Of a DNA stretch of 64,000 nt, positions 37,437 through 47,211 are shown one piece after another; the stretch's first letter is position 1; the number at the start of each line of letters is the position of its first letter. Made by a program: the position numbers and the translations under genes. The stretch comes from Candidatus Magasanikbacteria bacterium CG10_big_fil_rev_8_21_14_0_10_36_32 (lineage in GTDB: Bacteria; Patescibacteriota; Patescibacteriia; Magasanikbacterales; GWA2-37-8): positions 4,150 to 68,149 of the forward strand of contig PFBV01000001.1 in NCBI GenBank assembly GCA_002778465.1, given 5' to 3'. Below the pieces are notes generated by a model that was not told the DNA's origin, did no database searches, and saw only the letters and a list, made by a program, of their open reading frames with translations.

Positions 37437-39425
37437 TTATTTCAAATACTTTTTCCCCCACCAAGATAAGAAATTTCGGGCTATCGGCATAGCCGCAGAA
37501 CTCCCCTCTCCGCCTTCTTCGACCAGCACAGTGACTACAATTTGTGGTTTGTCATACGGCGCAAAAGAAGTAAACCAAGCATGGTTGTTTTTTCCGGTTA
37601 CCCATTGCGCCGTACCGGTTTTACCGGCAGCTAAAAAAGGCAGGGTGCTTAATAGATGACAACTGCCGTACACGACGCACTCTCTCATTCCAACTTTAAC
37701 AACATTAATATTTTCATCGGAAATAAAATTATCATTCATAATGACCGGATTTTTTAACGTGGCTTCTTTTGTCACAGGATTTACAATTGCTTTTACAAAA
37801 TGTGGCCGGTAAACCGTTCCCCCATTGGCTATAGCCGCTGTCCAATTAGCCACTTGTAACGGGGTGACCAAGACATCGCCCTGTCCGATAGACAAGTTAT
37901 AGGTATCACCAACATACCAGCGTTCATTTTTAGTTTCTTCCTTCCAATCTTTTGAAGGCAAGAATCCACTGTTTTCACCAGGCAAATCAACTCCTGTTTT
38001 TTCAGCTAAACCAAATTTTTTTAAATACTCCACAATTTTATCTGCTCCCAGACCCGTGAAATTTCCATAACCGCCTCCAATGTAATAAAAAAATGTATTT
38101 ACCGACCAAGCAATAGCTTTAGTTACATTAGTCGTGCCGTGTCCGCCGGGCAGCCAATCAGGAAAAAACCATTTGTCAATTTGTAAACCGCCACTACTTA
38201 AAAAAGCGGTATAACGATTAATTATCTTTTCTTGAAGAGCGGCGGCTGAAATCATTATTTTAATTGTTGAACCGGAAGGATAAGTTCCGGCAATGGCACG
38301 GTTGTAAAGCGGGTGATCGGGATCTTCAATATATTTTTTATATTGCTCAGTGGAAATTCCGCCGGCAAAATCATTATTGTTAAAAGACGGCCAGCTGACC
38401 ATGGCAATAATTTCTCCATTTTGAGGATTGATAGCAATACCTGCTGCTCGTTTTTTCCCCATATTTTTCAAGGCGTCTTTAATGTAGGTTTCCATTTTTT
38501 CTTGAGCTTCTAAATCCAAAGATAATATTAAATTTTGTCCAGGTACTGGGGGTTCTTCGGCCAGCATGCTCTGTTCTTGTCCAAGCGCGTTTACTTCCAC
38601 TTTTTTTCGTCCATATTGTCCGCGCAATTCAGTTTCATATTCTTTTTCCAATCCCACGCGTCCAATATAATCAGATAATAAATACCCGCCGGTTTTTTTA
38701 AGGGTATTCATTTCCTCATCATTTAATTTACCTAAATAACCGATAATATGAGATAAACTGTAAAATCGATTGATCAAATCGCCAGTTGCATATCCCGTCG
38801 CATATTGCCGCTTAGTTCCTTTTTGAATTAAAATTCCTGGCAAATTAGCATTCTGTACATAAAATTGAAGAGCCGAATCATAATCAAGATTTTCTTTAAC
38901 AACTAAAGATTCATAACTGTAAGAACTGTATTTGTGAACTAGTGATGTGATTTCGGTTTCAGACACGCCGGCGATTTGTGAAATTTGGCTAATAATTTTT
39001 TTTCTTTCATTTTCATCTTTTGGAAAATCCTGAGGAACAATTGACAGAGAAAAACTCGGGACATTTTGAATAAGTTGATTTCCGTAACTGTCATATATCA
39101 GTCCCCTCTCGGAAGGAATTGGTTTGATGCGCAAACGATTATTTTCAGCCAGGTTAGTATAATAATTTCCGCGGATGATCTGTAGATAAAAAACACGCCC
39201 AAATATAATTGATAAACCCAAAATAATCAAGACAATAAAAATTTTTATCTTTTTTTCAGTAATAGTCGGTGCGATAAAATTGCGAGTTTCGGGAGTTTTT
39301 AATTGATTATTAGCTGTTTGTTCAAAATTAAAAGATTCCTCTACCCAGGATTTTTTGTATTTTCCTTTCAAATCATTATTACTAACCTTGCTGGTATAAA
39401 AATCAAAAAATTCATCCTTCTTCAT
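37437..39425 (-). CDS. mrdA: Penicillin-binding protein 2
   Basis: TM anchor, RG.IYD, GSTIK (SxxK), SVN, KTGT; follows mreBCD. Confidence 0.94.
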   Translation of the reverse strand: MKKDEFFDFYTSKVSNNDLKGKYKKSWVEESFNFEQTANNQLKTPETRNFIAPTITEKKIKIFIVLIILGLSIIFGRVFYLQIIRGNYYTNLAENNRLRIKPIPSERGLIYDSYGNQLIQNVPSFSLSIVPQDFPKDENERKKIISQISQIAGVSETEITSLVHKYSSYSYESLVVKENLDYDSALQFYVQNANLPGILIQKGTKRQYATGYATGDLINRFYSLSHIIGYLGKLNDEEMNTLKKTGGYLLSDYIGRVGLEKEYETELRGQYGRKKVEVNALGQEQSMLAEEPPVPGQNLILSLDLEAQEKMETYIKDALKNMGKKRAAGIAINPQNGEIIAMVSWPSFNNNDFAGGISTEQYKKYIEDPDHPLYNRAIAGTYPSGSTIKIMISAAALQEKIINRYTAFLSSGGLQIDKWFFPDWLPGGHGTTNVTKAIAWSVNTFFYYIGGGYGNFTGLGADKIVEYLKKFGLAEKTGVDLPGENSGFLPSKDWKEETKNERWYVGDTYNLSIGQGDVLVTPLQVANWTAAIANGGTVYRPHFVKAIVNPVTKEATLKNPVIMNDNFISDENINVVKVGMRECVVYGSCHLLSTLPFLAAGKTGTAQWVTGKNNHAWFTSFAPYDKPQIVVTVLVEEGGEGSSAAMPIARNFLSWWGKKYLK

Positions 39426-39958
39426 ATGTGGCGGTCGCTTAAATATTTAGGATTAAATTTTTTAATAAAAAAGAAATGTATAAAATAAAATCCTGTCATT
39501 AGGATTGAGGTAAATAAAATTTCTACGCCGACATCAAGAAAAAATTTAGAAACGCCGATTTTGACATGGTAAAAGAAAAAATTTATAAAATAAATTAGCG
39601 TTATAAAAACTAATCGATAAATTGCCAAACTGACAGCAGAAGATAAAAATACTATATAAACCGAACGATTGGTAAAAAGATTGTCCAGCAACCATTTAGT
39701 TGAGATTAAACTTACAAAGAGAGAAATTGAATTTATTCCAAATGGAGCAGAGGTGAACAATTCCATCAAAAATGCCAGCGGTAACATGTACCAAATAGCT
39801 CGCGGACGGTTGTTGAAAAATATTTGCCAAGCCAATATTAAAAAAATTACATTAATGTTATTAAATGGATAAGGCAAAGTATTGGCCACCCCAATATGCA
39901 ATACGAAAATGGTAAAAATCAAAATAATGATGGCTAACGCCTTTAAAAAATATTTCAT
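39422..39958 (-). CDS. mreD: MreD-like membrane protein
   Basis: Multi-TM protein between mreC and mrdA. Confidence 0.7.
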   Translation of the reverse strand: MKYFLKALAIIILIFTIFVLHIGVANTLPYPFNNINVIFLILAWQIFFNNRPRAIWYMLPLAFLMELFTSAPFGINSISLFVSLISTKWLLDNLFTNRSVYIVFLSSAVSLAIYRLVFITLIYFINFFFYHVKIGVSKFFLDVGVEILFTSILMTGFYFIHFFFIKKFNPKYLSDRHI

Positions 39959-39967
39959 AAGCCGTCA

Positions 39968-40771
39968 TTAGTTGGTTAAAAGCACGCTGACAATATAAGG
40001 TTTTGACAAATCTGTGCTGGGAGTTAAAATTGCTTCTTGAAACGGCTGGTAAGATTCATTCTCCACCGCTGTAATATTTCCAATTAAAAGACCACGGGGA
40101 ATATTCATTTCTAAACCGGATGTGATTATTTGATCGCCAATAACAACTACTTCATTCCGTGGAATAAAATTCATTTTTACACTCAAACCATATCCTCCTT
40201 CCACTACTCCCAAACTATGATCATGATTTAAAACTGTAGCAGCAATTTTTAATTGACTATCATTTATCAACCGAACTATAGATATATCTTTTTCAGCTTT
40301 AATAATTTTGCCGATTAGAATACCGTTACCAACTATTACCGGCTGATCAATTTTTGTTCCGGCTTCCGAACCCTTATCTATAATAATGGTTTTTTCCGCT
40401 CCCTCAACATTTTTTCCAATTACTTGAGCCCCAAGAACAAGAATATCTGATTGGTCTTTGAAATTTAGCAATTGCCGCAATTCTGAGTTTTCATTTTCCA
40501 ATGTTTTAATTTGTGCTTCAATCAATTGCTTGTCTTGTCGGTCAGCTTCACACTCGCGATAGGTATCAAAGAAAGTTTCCTTATCTTTAAAAAACGCATA
40601 ACCATCTTTTAAACCAACACTAAATTGGGCTGATTTTACAAAAATTGGCACAAAAATAGCGCGAATACCAGATTTAATCGGATTTAACCAACCTAAATAA
40701 TTAAAAAAAATAAGGACGACAAAGATTGTCCCTAAGTAAAAGTAGGTTTTTTTTTCTAAATTCCGAAACAT
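39968..40771 (-). CDS. mreC: Rod shape-determining protein MreC
   Basis: ENSELRQLL, IDKGS..G, GDQIITSG, PRGL.IG. Confidence 0.94.
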   Translation of the reverse strand: MFRNLEKKTYFYLGTIFVVLIFFNYLGWLNPIKSGIRAIFVPIFVKSAQFSVGLKDGYAFFKDKETFFDTYRECEADRQDKQLIEAQIKTLENENSELRQLLNFKDQSDILVLGAQVIGKNVEGAEKTIIIDKGSEAGTKIDQPVIVGNGILIGKIIKAEKDISIVRLINDSQLKIAATVLNHDHSLGVVEGGYGLSVKMNFIPRNEVVVIGDQIITSGLEMNIPRGLLIGNITAVENESYQPFQEAILTPSTDLSKPYIVSVLLTN

Positions 40772-40774
40772 ATT

Positions 40775-41827
40775 TTAATTTTTTCTTCTGTCACGAACTG
40801 GGTAAACGGCTACCTCGTCTAACAATTCTTGATTATCTAAAAGTAAACCCGTACCGCGCACCACCGCTGTCAGCGGATCGTCGGCAATTCTAACTGGAAT
40901 ATTTGTGGCTTGCGCTATCAAATGATCAATCCCCCGTAACAACGCGCCTCCGCCCGACAATAAAATACCGCGTTCATGTATATCAGCAATCAATTCTGGC
41001 GGGGTTACTTCTAAGGTGGCTTTTATATTATCAACTATTGTTCTGAGGGATTTAAATATAGCCTCGCGTACCTGCGCGTCGGTTATCATTATTTCTTTTG
41101 GTAAACCGGTTAATAAATCTCTTCCACGCATTGAGTATTCCATTCTTTCGATACCCTCAACCGCTGAACCGATTCTAATTTTAATTTCTTCTGCCTGTCT
41201 TTCGCCTACTAATAAATTAAAATTATCGCGGGCATATTGTATGATATTGCTGTTAAACTCATCGCCAGCGATTTTAATTGATTTCCATTTAACAATGCCG
41301 CTCAATGAAATAACGGCGATTTCAGTAGTTCCTCCACCAATGTCCACAATAAAATTACCAACAGGTTCTTGTACTGGCATTCTTGAACCTATTGCCGCTG
41401 CCATTGGTTCTTCAACAATAAAAACGTGACTGGCACCGGCATTTAACGCGGCATCGCTAACCGCTTTTCTTTCAACCTCGGTTAAATCCAATGGCGCCCC
41501 AATTATTACCCTAGGGCGAGAAATAAAATTAAAAGTACCTTCATTCACTTTTTCTATAAAATAACCAAGCATTTTTTCAGTTGCTTCAAAATCTGAAATA
41601 ATGCCATTGGTTAACGGTCGAGCTGTAGAAATATGTGGTGGATTTTTTCCAAGCATCTCTTTAGCTTCATTTCCAACAGCTAAAATCTGCTCGGTGCGCA
41701 TATTGATGGAAACAACGCTCGGTTCATTTATAACTACTCCTTTGCCCTTAACATAAACCAAAGTATTGGCTGTGCCCAAATCCACACCCAAATCTTTTTT
41801 AAAATGTTCTAAAAGATTTTTAAACAT
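40775..41827 (-). CDS. mreB: Rod shape-determining protein MreB
   Basis: DLGTANT, EEPMAAAIG, DIGGGTTE, GGGALL. Confidence 0.97.
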   Translation of the reverse strand: MFKNLLEHFKKDLGVDLGTANTLVYVKGKGVVINEPSVVSINMRTEQILAVGNEAKEMLGKNPPHISTARPLTNGIISDFEATEKMLGYFIEKVNEGTFNFISRPRVIIGAPLDLTEVERKAVSDAALNAGASHVFIVEEPMAAAIGSRMPVQEPVGNFIVDIGGGTTEIAVISLSGIVKWKSIKIAGDEFNSNIIQYARDNFNLLVGERQAEEIKIRIGSAVEGIERMEYSMRGRDLLTGLPKEIMITDAQVREAIFKSLRTIVDNIKATLEVTPPELIADIHERGILLSGGGALLRGIDHLIAQATNIPVRIADDPLTAVVRGTGLLLDNQELLDEVAVYPVRDRRKN

Positions 41828-42218
41828 AGTTGTGATTTTGATGTTTTCTGTTGGTAAAAATTATTCCTTCAATAAATAAATAAAGCGCGGACAACAAGAC
41901 AAAATTCCACCATGTCAACAGGTTGTGCTGCAACAACATTAAGGTTGTAATTACAAAAACTGATAAAATAAATCCCTGCTTGAAAGTTTTTTTAATATGC
42001 CTAAATACTAATTCGTCGTTTTGCGTCAATTTCATCCTAATTAAAAACCCAATCGTTGAAACGGTTCCAAGAATAGATAAGAATAAAGAAATGTAAAAAA
42101 TAAACAAACCAATAGCGCCAACGGTGTTCGGATCAAAATAAAAAATAGTTAAAATCCAAACGCTCCAGCTTAAAGCGGTAGCTGCCGCCATAGTCATTAA
42201 ATATTGGCGCAAAGACAT
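41820..42218 (-). CDS. Four-TM hypothetical membrane protein
   Basis: Hydrophobic ORF overlapping the mreB start. Confidence 0.75.
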   Translation of the reverse strand: MSLRQYLMTMAAATALSWSVWILTIFYFDPNTVGAIGLFIFYISLFLSILGTVSTIGFLIRMKLTQNDELVFRHIKKTFKQGFILSVFVITTLMLLQHNLLTWWNFVLLSALYLFIEGIIFTNRKHQNHNYV

Positions 42219-42304
42219 AATTAAGCCGATAAATTAATTAACTAAAACATCTCAGTCTAATAAGTAGAATAACAAATTCCGCATTATTTGGCAAGGTAGC
42301 TTGT

Positions 42305-42595
42305 TTAAGCGGTATATTTTATTTTAATCACAGTGCCCAAACCGAATTTTGCGTTTATTTTAGCTAAAATATTTGTTTCATTCAATCTTATTTCTTGGGC
42401 TGCCACTGATCCCTGACAACGAAAAGTTAGCACTTTGTTTTTAATATAAGCAGCTGAAACATAATTTTTTATTTCTTCTCCAAATAATTCCGCCAATATT
42501 TTATCCGTTTCCTCAATAGTAATTGACGTTAAAGCGCCGCGTAAAACCGGCGACTCACTTTTTTTCTGTTGCAAGATGTTAAAGATTGATTTCAT
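42305..42595 (-). CDS. DciA/DUF721-like protein
   Basis: IKNKVLTF...SVAAQEI...ILAKIN..FG pattern. Confidence 0.7.
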   Translation of the reverse strand: MKSIFNILQQKKSESPVLRGALTSITIEETDKILAELFGEEIKNYVSAAYIKNKVLTFRCQGSVAAQEIRLNETNILAKINAKFGLGTVIKIKYTA

Positions 42596-45534
42596 GCCCG
42601 ATATTCACAAATATTTTTAAAATCACAATAATCACAGGTGTGTTTTTCCGGCGTAGGTTTAAAATTAAGCGATTGAATACGATCAATAATGGCTGTAATT
42701 TTTTCAGTTAGTTTGGCAATTTCTTTATCATTTCCCAAAAAAGAAATTTTAGTATTATCATTAAGGTAATAATATGTCAGCTGTCCAGATTCTCCCAATT
42801 CACTAAATTCCGGTAATTGTTTTAGAGCGATTTGATAGATTAACAATTGATTTTTGTCTTCCCCGGTGACAGTCTCTTTGCTTTTTCCGGTTTTGTAATC
42901 AATAATTTCCAATCGTCCATCGGACATTTTATCCACACGGTCAATTCGTCCGTGCAACAGATAGGGGCCAATTTTAATTTTAAACCAACTTTCTAAAGCA
43001 ATCGGTACGGTCCATTTATTTTCATGCGTTTTATAAAATTCACGCAAAATTTCTTTTCCTTTAGAAAAATAATCCTCGCGTTGTTTTTTGTTTTTATACC
43101 AATCACCTATCCAATTTTCTTCGTATATTTTTAATAATTCATCCAGAGATGGAACCTTAACATTGCTCAGATTAATGTTTGTTTTAGACGGTTCACCGAA
43201 TAATGAATCCTGTTGGACAGAGTTTAATTCACGAATGCGAATATAAAATTTTTGAAACACCAGATGCATACTTTGTCCAAAACTGAAACTCGGACTTCCT
43301 TCAGTCGGTAATTTTATTATATTGGATAATTTATATTGATAAGGACAAGTATCGTAAGCTTTAATTTGCGAAAACGAAAAAGCTTTCGGCAATTCATAAA
43401 CAAATTGACCTTTATTATCCTCAATTTTTTCGCCAATAGAATTTTTTAATATTTTTTTAGATTTTTTTTCTGTTTTAGCAATTGCCGCTGAAAAATCTAT
43501 CTCGTTTAAAAATCGGCTAATTTTTTTATTTCTTAAACCGCCATAATCATCCGCGCCAGTTAAATATAACTTTTCTTTTGCCCGGGTCATAGCTACATAA
43601 AACAATCTGCGTTCCTCTTGATAATGACTATCCCCTTCCGGCAATTGTTCTTTGATTAATTTTTCAGGAACTTCAATTCCATTGCCGCGGGAACGGGTCG
43701 GAAATCGTTCTTCCACCAAATTAACCATAAAGACATACTTAAATTCTAAACCTTTGGCGGTATGAACGGTCATAATGTTTACAGAATCGGGATTATCGGA
43801 TGGTTGTTTCATAATTCCCAATTCACCGGACTCAATAATGTTGTTGAAGTGTTCTAAAAATTCAAATATCCTCGCCGAAGGAGTGATTGATTCATACTTA
43901 GCGATATATTCAAAAAATTGTTTTAACTGATAAATTTGCCGAATAATTTTACGTTCGCCATGATCTTCACCTTGGGTTAAAAATTTTAAATAACCGCTTT
44001 TGTCCAAAAAAGAATAAAGCACGGCAGTTGGTTTTTCGTTTTGTGCTTGTTTGGCACCATCATTTATCAAATTAACCAGTTTGTCACAATTGACAACACC
44101 TTCTTGAGATACTTCAATTTCTGCAGCCCGCTTTAATACTTCAAATAAAGGTAAGCTTTTTTGTTTGGCAAAATAGGTTAATTTTTGAATGTCGCTTTCC
44201 TTAAAATTAAACACAGGCATTCGTATTAGTCGGTAAACTGATTTAGATTCATGATAATTATCAAGAATTTTAAAAAAATTAATACAGTCAACTACAATGG
44301 GCTGACAATAAAGACCGGCGGCGGCTAAAAATTCATAAGGTATTCCGTGATTTTCCAATGCATTAATAAATAGTTCAGCATGGCTGTTGGCGCGAACCAA
44401 AATAGCAAAATCGTCCCAAACAGATTTTTTGTCTGTTTTTTTGATTTTAATTATTTCTTTTGTCACACTCTCCGCTTCTTCATCAGCAGTGGCCGAATGA
44501 ATATGTATAACTTCCGATTTTAAATCTTTAAATTTAGAGATTAAACGCTTATTAATTTTTAATTTGGTTTCAAGTCTGTCCGGATCATTATTTTTTATCA
44601 GTTTATAAGAGGTATCTAATATGTTCTGTCCGGATCGATAATTTTCAGTCAAAATAATTTCTTTGGCATCGAAAAAATCATCTTTAAATCGCAAAATATT
44701 GGAAACTGAAGCGCCGCGAAAAGCGTAAATACTCTGATCGTCATCACCAACGACCGAGAGTTGCGCTCCGGCAGCGGATAATTGTCGTATTAATGAATAT
44801 TGCGCCCAATTAACATCTTGGAATTCATCTACTAAAATAAATTTAAAACGATTTTGTAAAAGCTTTAAAATTTGTGGACGTTTTTCCAACAAAAGATTGC
44901 TATAAAAAATTAAATCTCCAAAATCCAGAGCATTATTTTCTAACAGTAATTGATTGTAAATATGGTAAGCGTCAGCTATCTCAGACAATCTGTTTTTTTC
45001 GTCAATATTTACCTGATCTTTGTCCAACTTCAAGTTTTCAGCATATTCAAGATAATTCTCAGGAGAAATCATTTCATCTTTACACTTGGAAAAATGTTTG
45101 ATTAATTCATGAATATGTTTAGTTGGATTACCCATCGGCCGATAATAATCAAGGTTAAATTTATCCAAATTGTTATGGATTAACAACCATGCGTCAGTTG
45201 GTGTAATGATTTTAAAATTAGTCGATAAACCAATATCTAAACCATGCCATTCTAACAATTTTTGGCAAAAAGCGTGGAAAGTGGATATTTGCAAATCAGC
45301 ATAACCAATGTCCAAATCCTCGTCTAATCTGTTTTGCATTTCAGCTGCGGCTTTTTCATTAAAAGTCAACGCTAAAATTTCTTCAGGTTTAGCGAGTTTT
45401 TTATCTAATAAATATTTTATTTTTTGCGTTACCACTGTGGTTTTACCTGTTCCGGCACCTGCCACAATAATCAAGGGTCCGGATACATATTCCACAGCTT
45501 GTTTTTGCGCGGCATTTAAAATGCGTTTGGTCAT
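42592..45534 (-). CDS. UvrD/PcrA-family helicase fused to a PD-(D/E)XK nuclease
   Basis: AGAGTGKT, DEFQD, GDDDQSIY.FRGA, EERRLFYVAMTRA; C-terminal FSFSQ..CP, GRIDR, IIDYKTG, CDYC.....C. Confidence 0.93.
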   Translation of the reverse strand: MTKRILNAAQKQAVEYVSGPLIIVAGAGTGKTTVVTQKIKYLLDKKLAKPEEILALTFNEKAAAEMQNRLDEDLDIGYADLQISTFHAFCQKLLEWHGLDIGLSTNFKIITPTDAWLLIHNNLDKFNLDYYRPMGNPTKHIHELIKHFSKCKDEMISPENYLEYAENLKLDKDQVNIDEKNRLSEIADAYHIYNQLLLENNALDFGDLIFYSNLLLEKRPQILKLLQNRFKFILVDEFQDVNWAQYSLIRQLSAAGAQLSVVGDDDQSIYAFRGASVSNILRFKDDFFDAKEIILTENYRSGQNILDTSYKLIKNNDPDRLETKLKINKRLISKFKDLKSEVIHIHSATADEEAESVTKEIIKIKKTDKKSVWDDFAILVRANSHAELFINALENHGIPYEFLAAAGLYCQPIVVDCINFFKILDNYHESKSVYRLIRMPVFNFKESDIQKLTYFAKQKSLPLFEVLKRAAEIEVSQEGVVNCDKLVNLINDGAKQAQNEKPTAVLYSFLDKSGYLKFLTQGEDHGERKIIRQIYQLKQFFEYIAKYESITPSARIFEFLEHFNNIIESGELGIMKQPSDNPDSVNIMTVHTAKGLEFKYVFMVNLVEERFPTRSRGNGIEVPEKLIKEQLPEGDSHYQEERRLFYVAMTRAKEKLYLTGADDYGGLRNKKISRFLNEIDFSAAIAKTEKKSKKILKNSIGEKIEDNKGQFVYELPKAFSFSQIKAYDTCPYQYKLSNIIKLPTEGSPSFSFGQSMHLVFQKFYIRIRELNSVQQDSLFGEPSKTNINLSNVKVPSLDELLKIYEENWIGDWYKNKKQREDYFSKGKEILREFYKTHENKWTVPIALESWFKIKIGPYLLHGRIDRVDKMSDGRLEIIDYKTGKSKETVTGEDKNQLLIYQIALKQLPEFSELGESGQLTYYYLNDNTKISFLGNDKEIAKLTEKITAIIDRIQSLNFKPTPEKHTCDYCDFKNICEYRA

Positions 45535-45621
45535 ACTTTAATTTAAAAAATTATCCATTCTGATGGACATAATGATTTTGAATTTATATTTGGTTAATTA
45601 ACTTGTAACCAACTTGGCTTG

Positions 45622-45759
45622 TTAGCAATTGTCACAACTGCAATCGGTTTCGCAAGAGCATTCTTTACCCTCACCACAACCACAATCGCAACCGGCTTCA
45701 CAACCACAGTCGCATTTTTCCTCTACCTTTTTTTCTTCACATCCACAGTCTTTACACAT
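45622..45759 (-). CDS. Metallothionein-like peptide, 45 aa, 14 Cys (not in ORF track)
   Basis: Hand translation MCKDCGCEEKKVEEKCDCGCEAGCDCGCGEGKECSCETDCSCDNC. Confidence 0.8.
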   Translation of the reverse strand: MCKDCGCEEKKVEEKCDCGCEAGCDCGCGEGKECSCETDCSCDNC

Positions 45760-45786
45760 AGGCTTTTAAATTAAATAAATTAAATC

Positions 45787-46623
45787 TTATTTTATATTAA
45801 ACAATTTTAACGCGTTTGCAAAAGTAATTTCATTAACTTTATCATAACTGATTTTTTTAATTTCAGCAATTTTTTTAACCACTTCTTCCACCATCCAAGG
45901 TTCGCAACGTTGTCCGCGATAAGCTTGGGGAGCTAAATATGGCGCATCTGTTTCTGTTAAAATTCTTTCCAAGGGACAGTTTTGAACAGTTTCAATTAAA
46001 TCCGCTTGAATTTGAGGATCAGTTTTTTTTGCCGGAAAAGTAATCGTGGCGGTAAAACCTAAATGTAGTCCAAGTGATAAAAATTTTTCCGCGTTTCTCC
46101 AATTGCTTGAATAACAATGTACCACACCGCGAATTTTATATGGCAATTCTTCCAAAATTTTTATTGTTTCTTGGTAGGCGGATCTAACATGAATAACTAC
46201 CGGCAAACTTAACTCCTGCGCCAACTCAATTTGTTTAATAAAAGCCTCTTTTTGCAAAACAAAAGCTTCGTCCCGAGACATGTTGATCGGCAAATGATAA
46301 AAATCTAAACCACACTCCCCTATTGCTATAGTTTTTTTATGTTTTGCCAATTCACGATAAATATCAATGTCAAATTTTTCTTCTCGGCTTTTAAATTGAA
46401 TTTCTTCCTCATCAATTTCGGTTGAACATAAATGAATCGGATGTAATCCGACAGTAGCATAAACACCATCAAAACTTTCAGCAAATTTTACCGCTCGACG
46501 ACTGGTATCCAATTGAGAACCAACTGTATTTAAAATTATTTTTTTATCAGCGCATTTTTTTATTACTTCTGCGGAATCATCCTTAAAAGCGTTAAATTGC
46601 ACATGGCAGTGCGTATCCATCAT
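45787..46623 (-). CDS. tatD: TatD family deoxyribonuclease
   Basis: DTHCH, GLHP, IGECGLD, HCY, ETDAPYLAP. Confidence 0.93.
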   Translation of the reverse strand: MMDTHCHVQFNAFKDDSAEVIKKCADKKIILNTVGSQLDTSRRAVKFAESFDGVYATVGLHPIHLCSTEIDEEEIQFKSREEKFDIDIYRELAKHKKTIAIGECGLDFYHLPINMSRDEAFVLQKEAFIKQIELAQELSLPVVIHVRSAYQETIKILEELPYKIRGVVHCYSSNWRNAEKFLSLGLHLGFTATITFPAKKTDPQIQADLIETVQNCPLERILTETDAPYLAPQAYRGQRCEPWMVEEVVKKIAEIKKISYDKVNEITFANALKLFNIK

Positions 46624-46637
46624 AAAAATTAATCAGA

Positions 46638-47186
46638 TTATTTAACAATATCAACTGCGCTTTGAACAGCGCTATCAACAGTGGTTTGAACTGTTTTTAA
46701 TGCGTCAGGCAACAACGGCCATAATATTGAAGCCATTTTGGTTAAAGACGGGGCTATTTCCGATTCAGACAAATTGGTCATAAACCATTCGCTTAGAGGA
46801 AAATGAGCGATAAAATAAAATATTATACCTAAAACTAACGCGCCTTCAAACAAACCAAAAGCCAAGCCGAGAAGCCGATTTATTGATTTAATAAAAGGTA
46901 AACGTGTAATAATGCTTAAAATTTTATCCACAAACCAAAATCCCAAACCGACCAGTCTATTAATAATGATAAAAGCCAAAATAAACATTATTACTTTGGA
47001 AAAATTTCCACTCCAGCCGGTAAATTGCATCAACCAACCAGCCAACGGTTCGTAAAACCTCGCTGCCAAATAAACACCTAACACCGTACCTGCCAAAGAA
47101 CCCAATGTGTGTATCAGTCCAAACCATAGTCCGAATAAACCAAATCCGCCAATTATGATTACCACAACTAAATCAAAAAATGACAT
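46638..47186 (-). CDS. CvpA (colicin V production) family protein
   Basis: FD..GLWFGL, INRLLG..FG...G TM pattern. Confidence 0.85.
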   Translation of the reverse strand: MSFFDLVVVIIIGGFGLFGLWFGLIHTLGSLAGTVLGVYLAARFYEPLAGWLMQFTGWSGNFSKVIMFILAFIIINRLVGLGFWFVDKILSIITRLPFIKSINRLLGLAFGLFEGALVLGIIFYFIAHFPLSEWFMTNLSESEIAPSLTKMASILWPLLPDALKTVQTTVDSAVQSAVDIVK

Positions 47187-47211
47187 ATGATTTAAATTTA
47201 AAAATAAAAAA

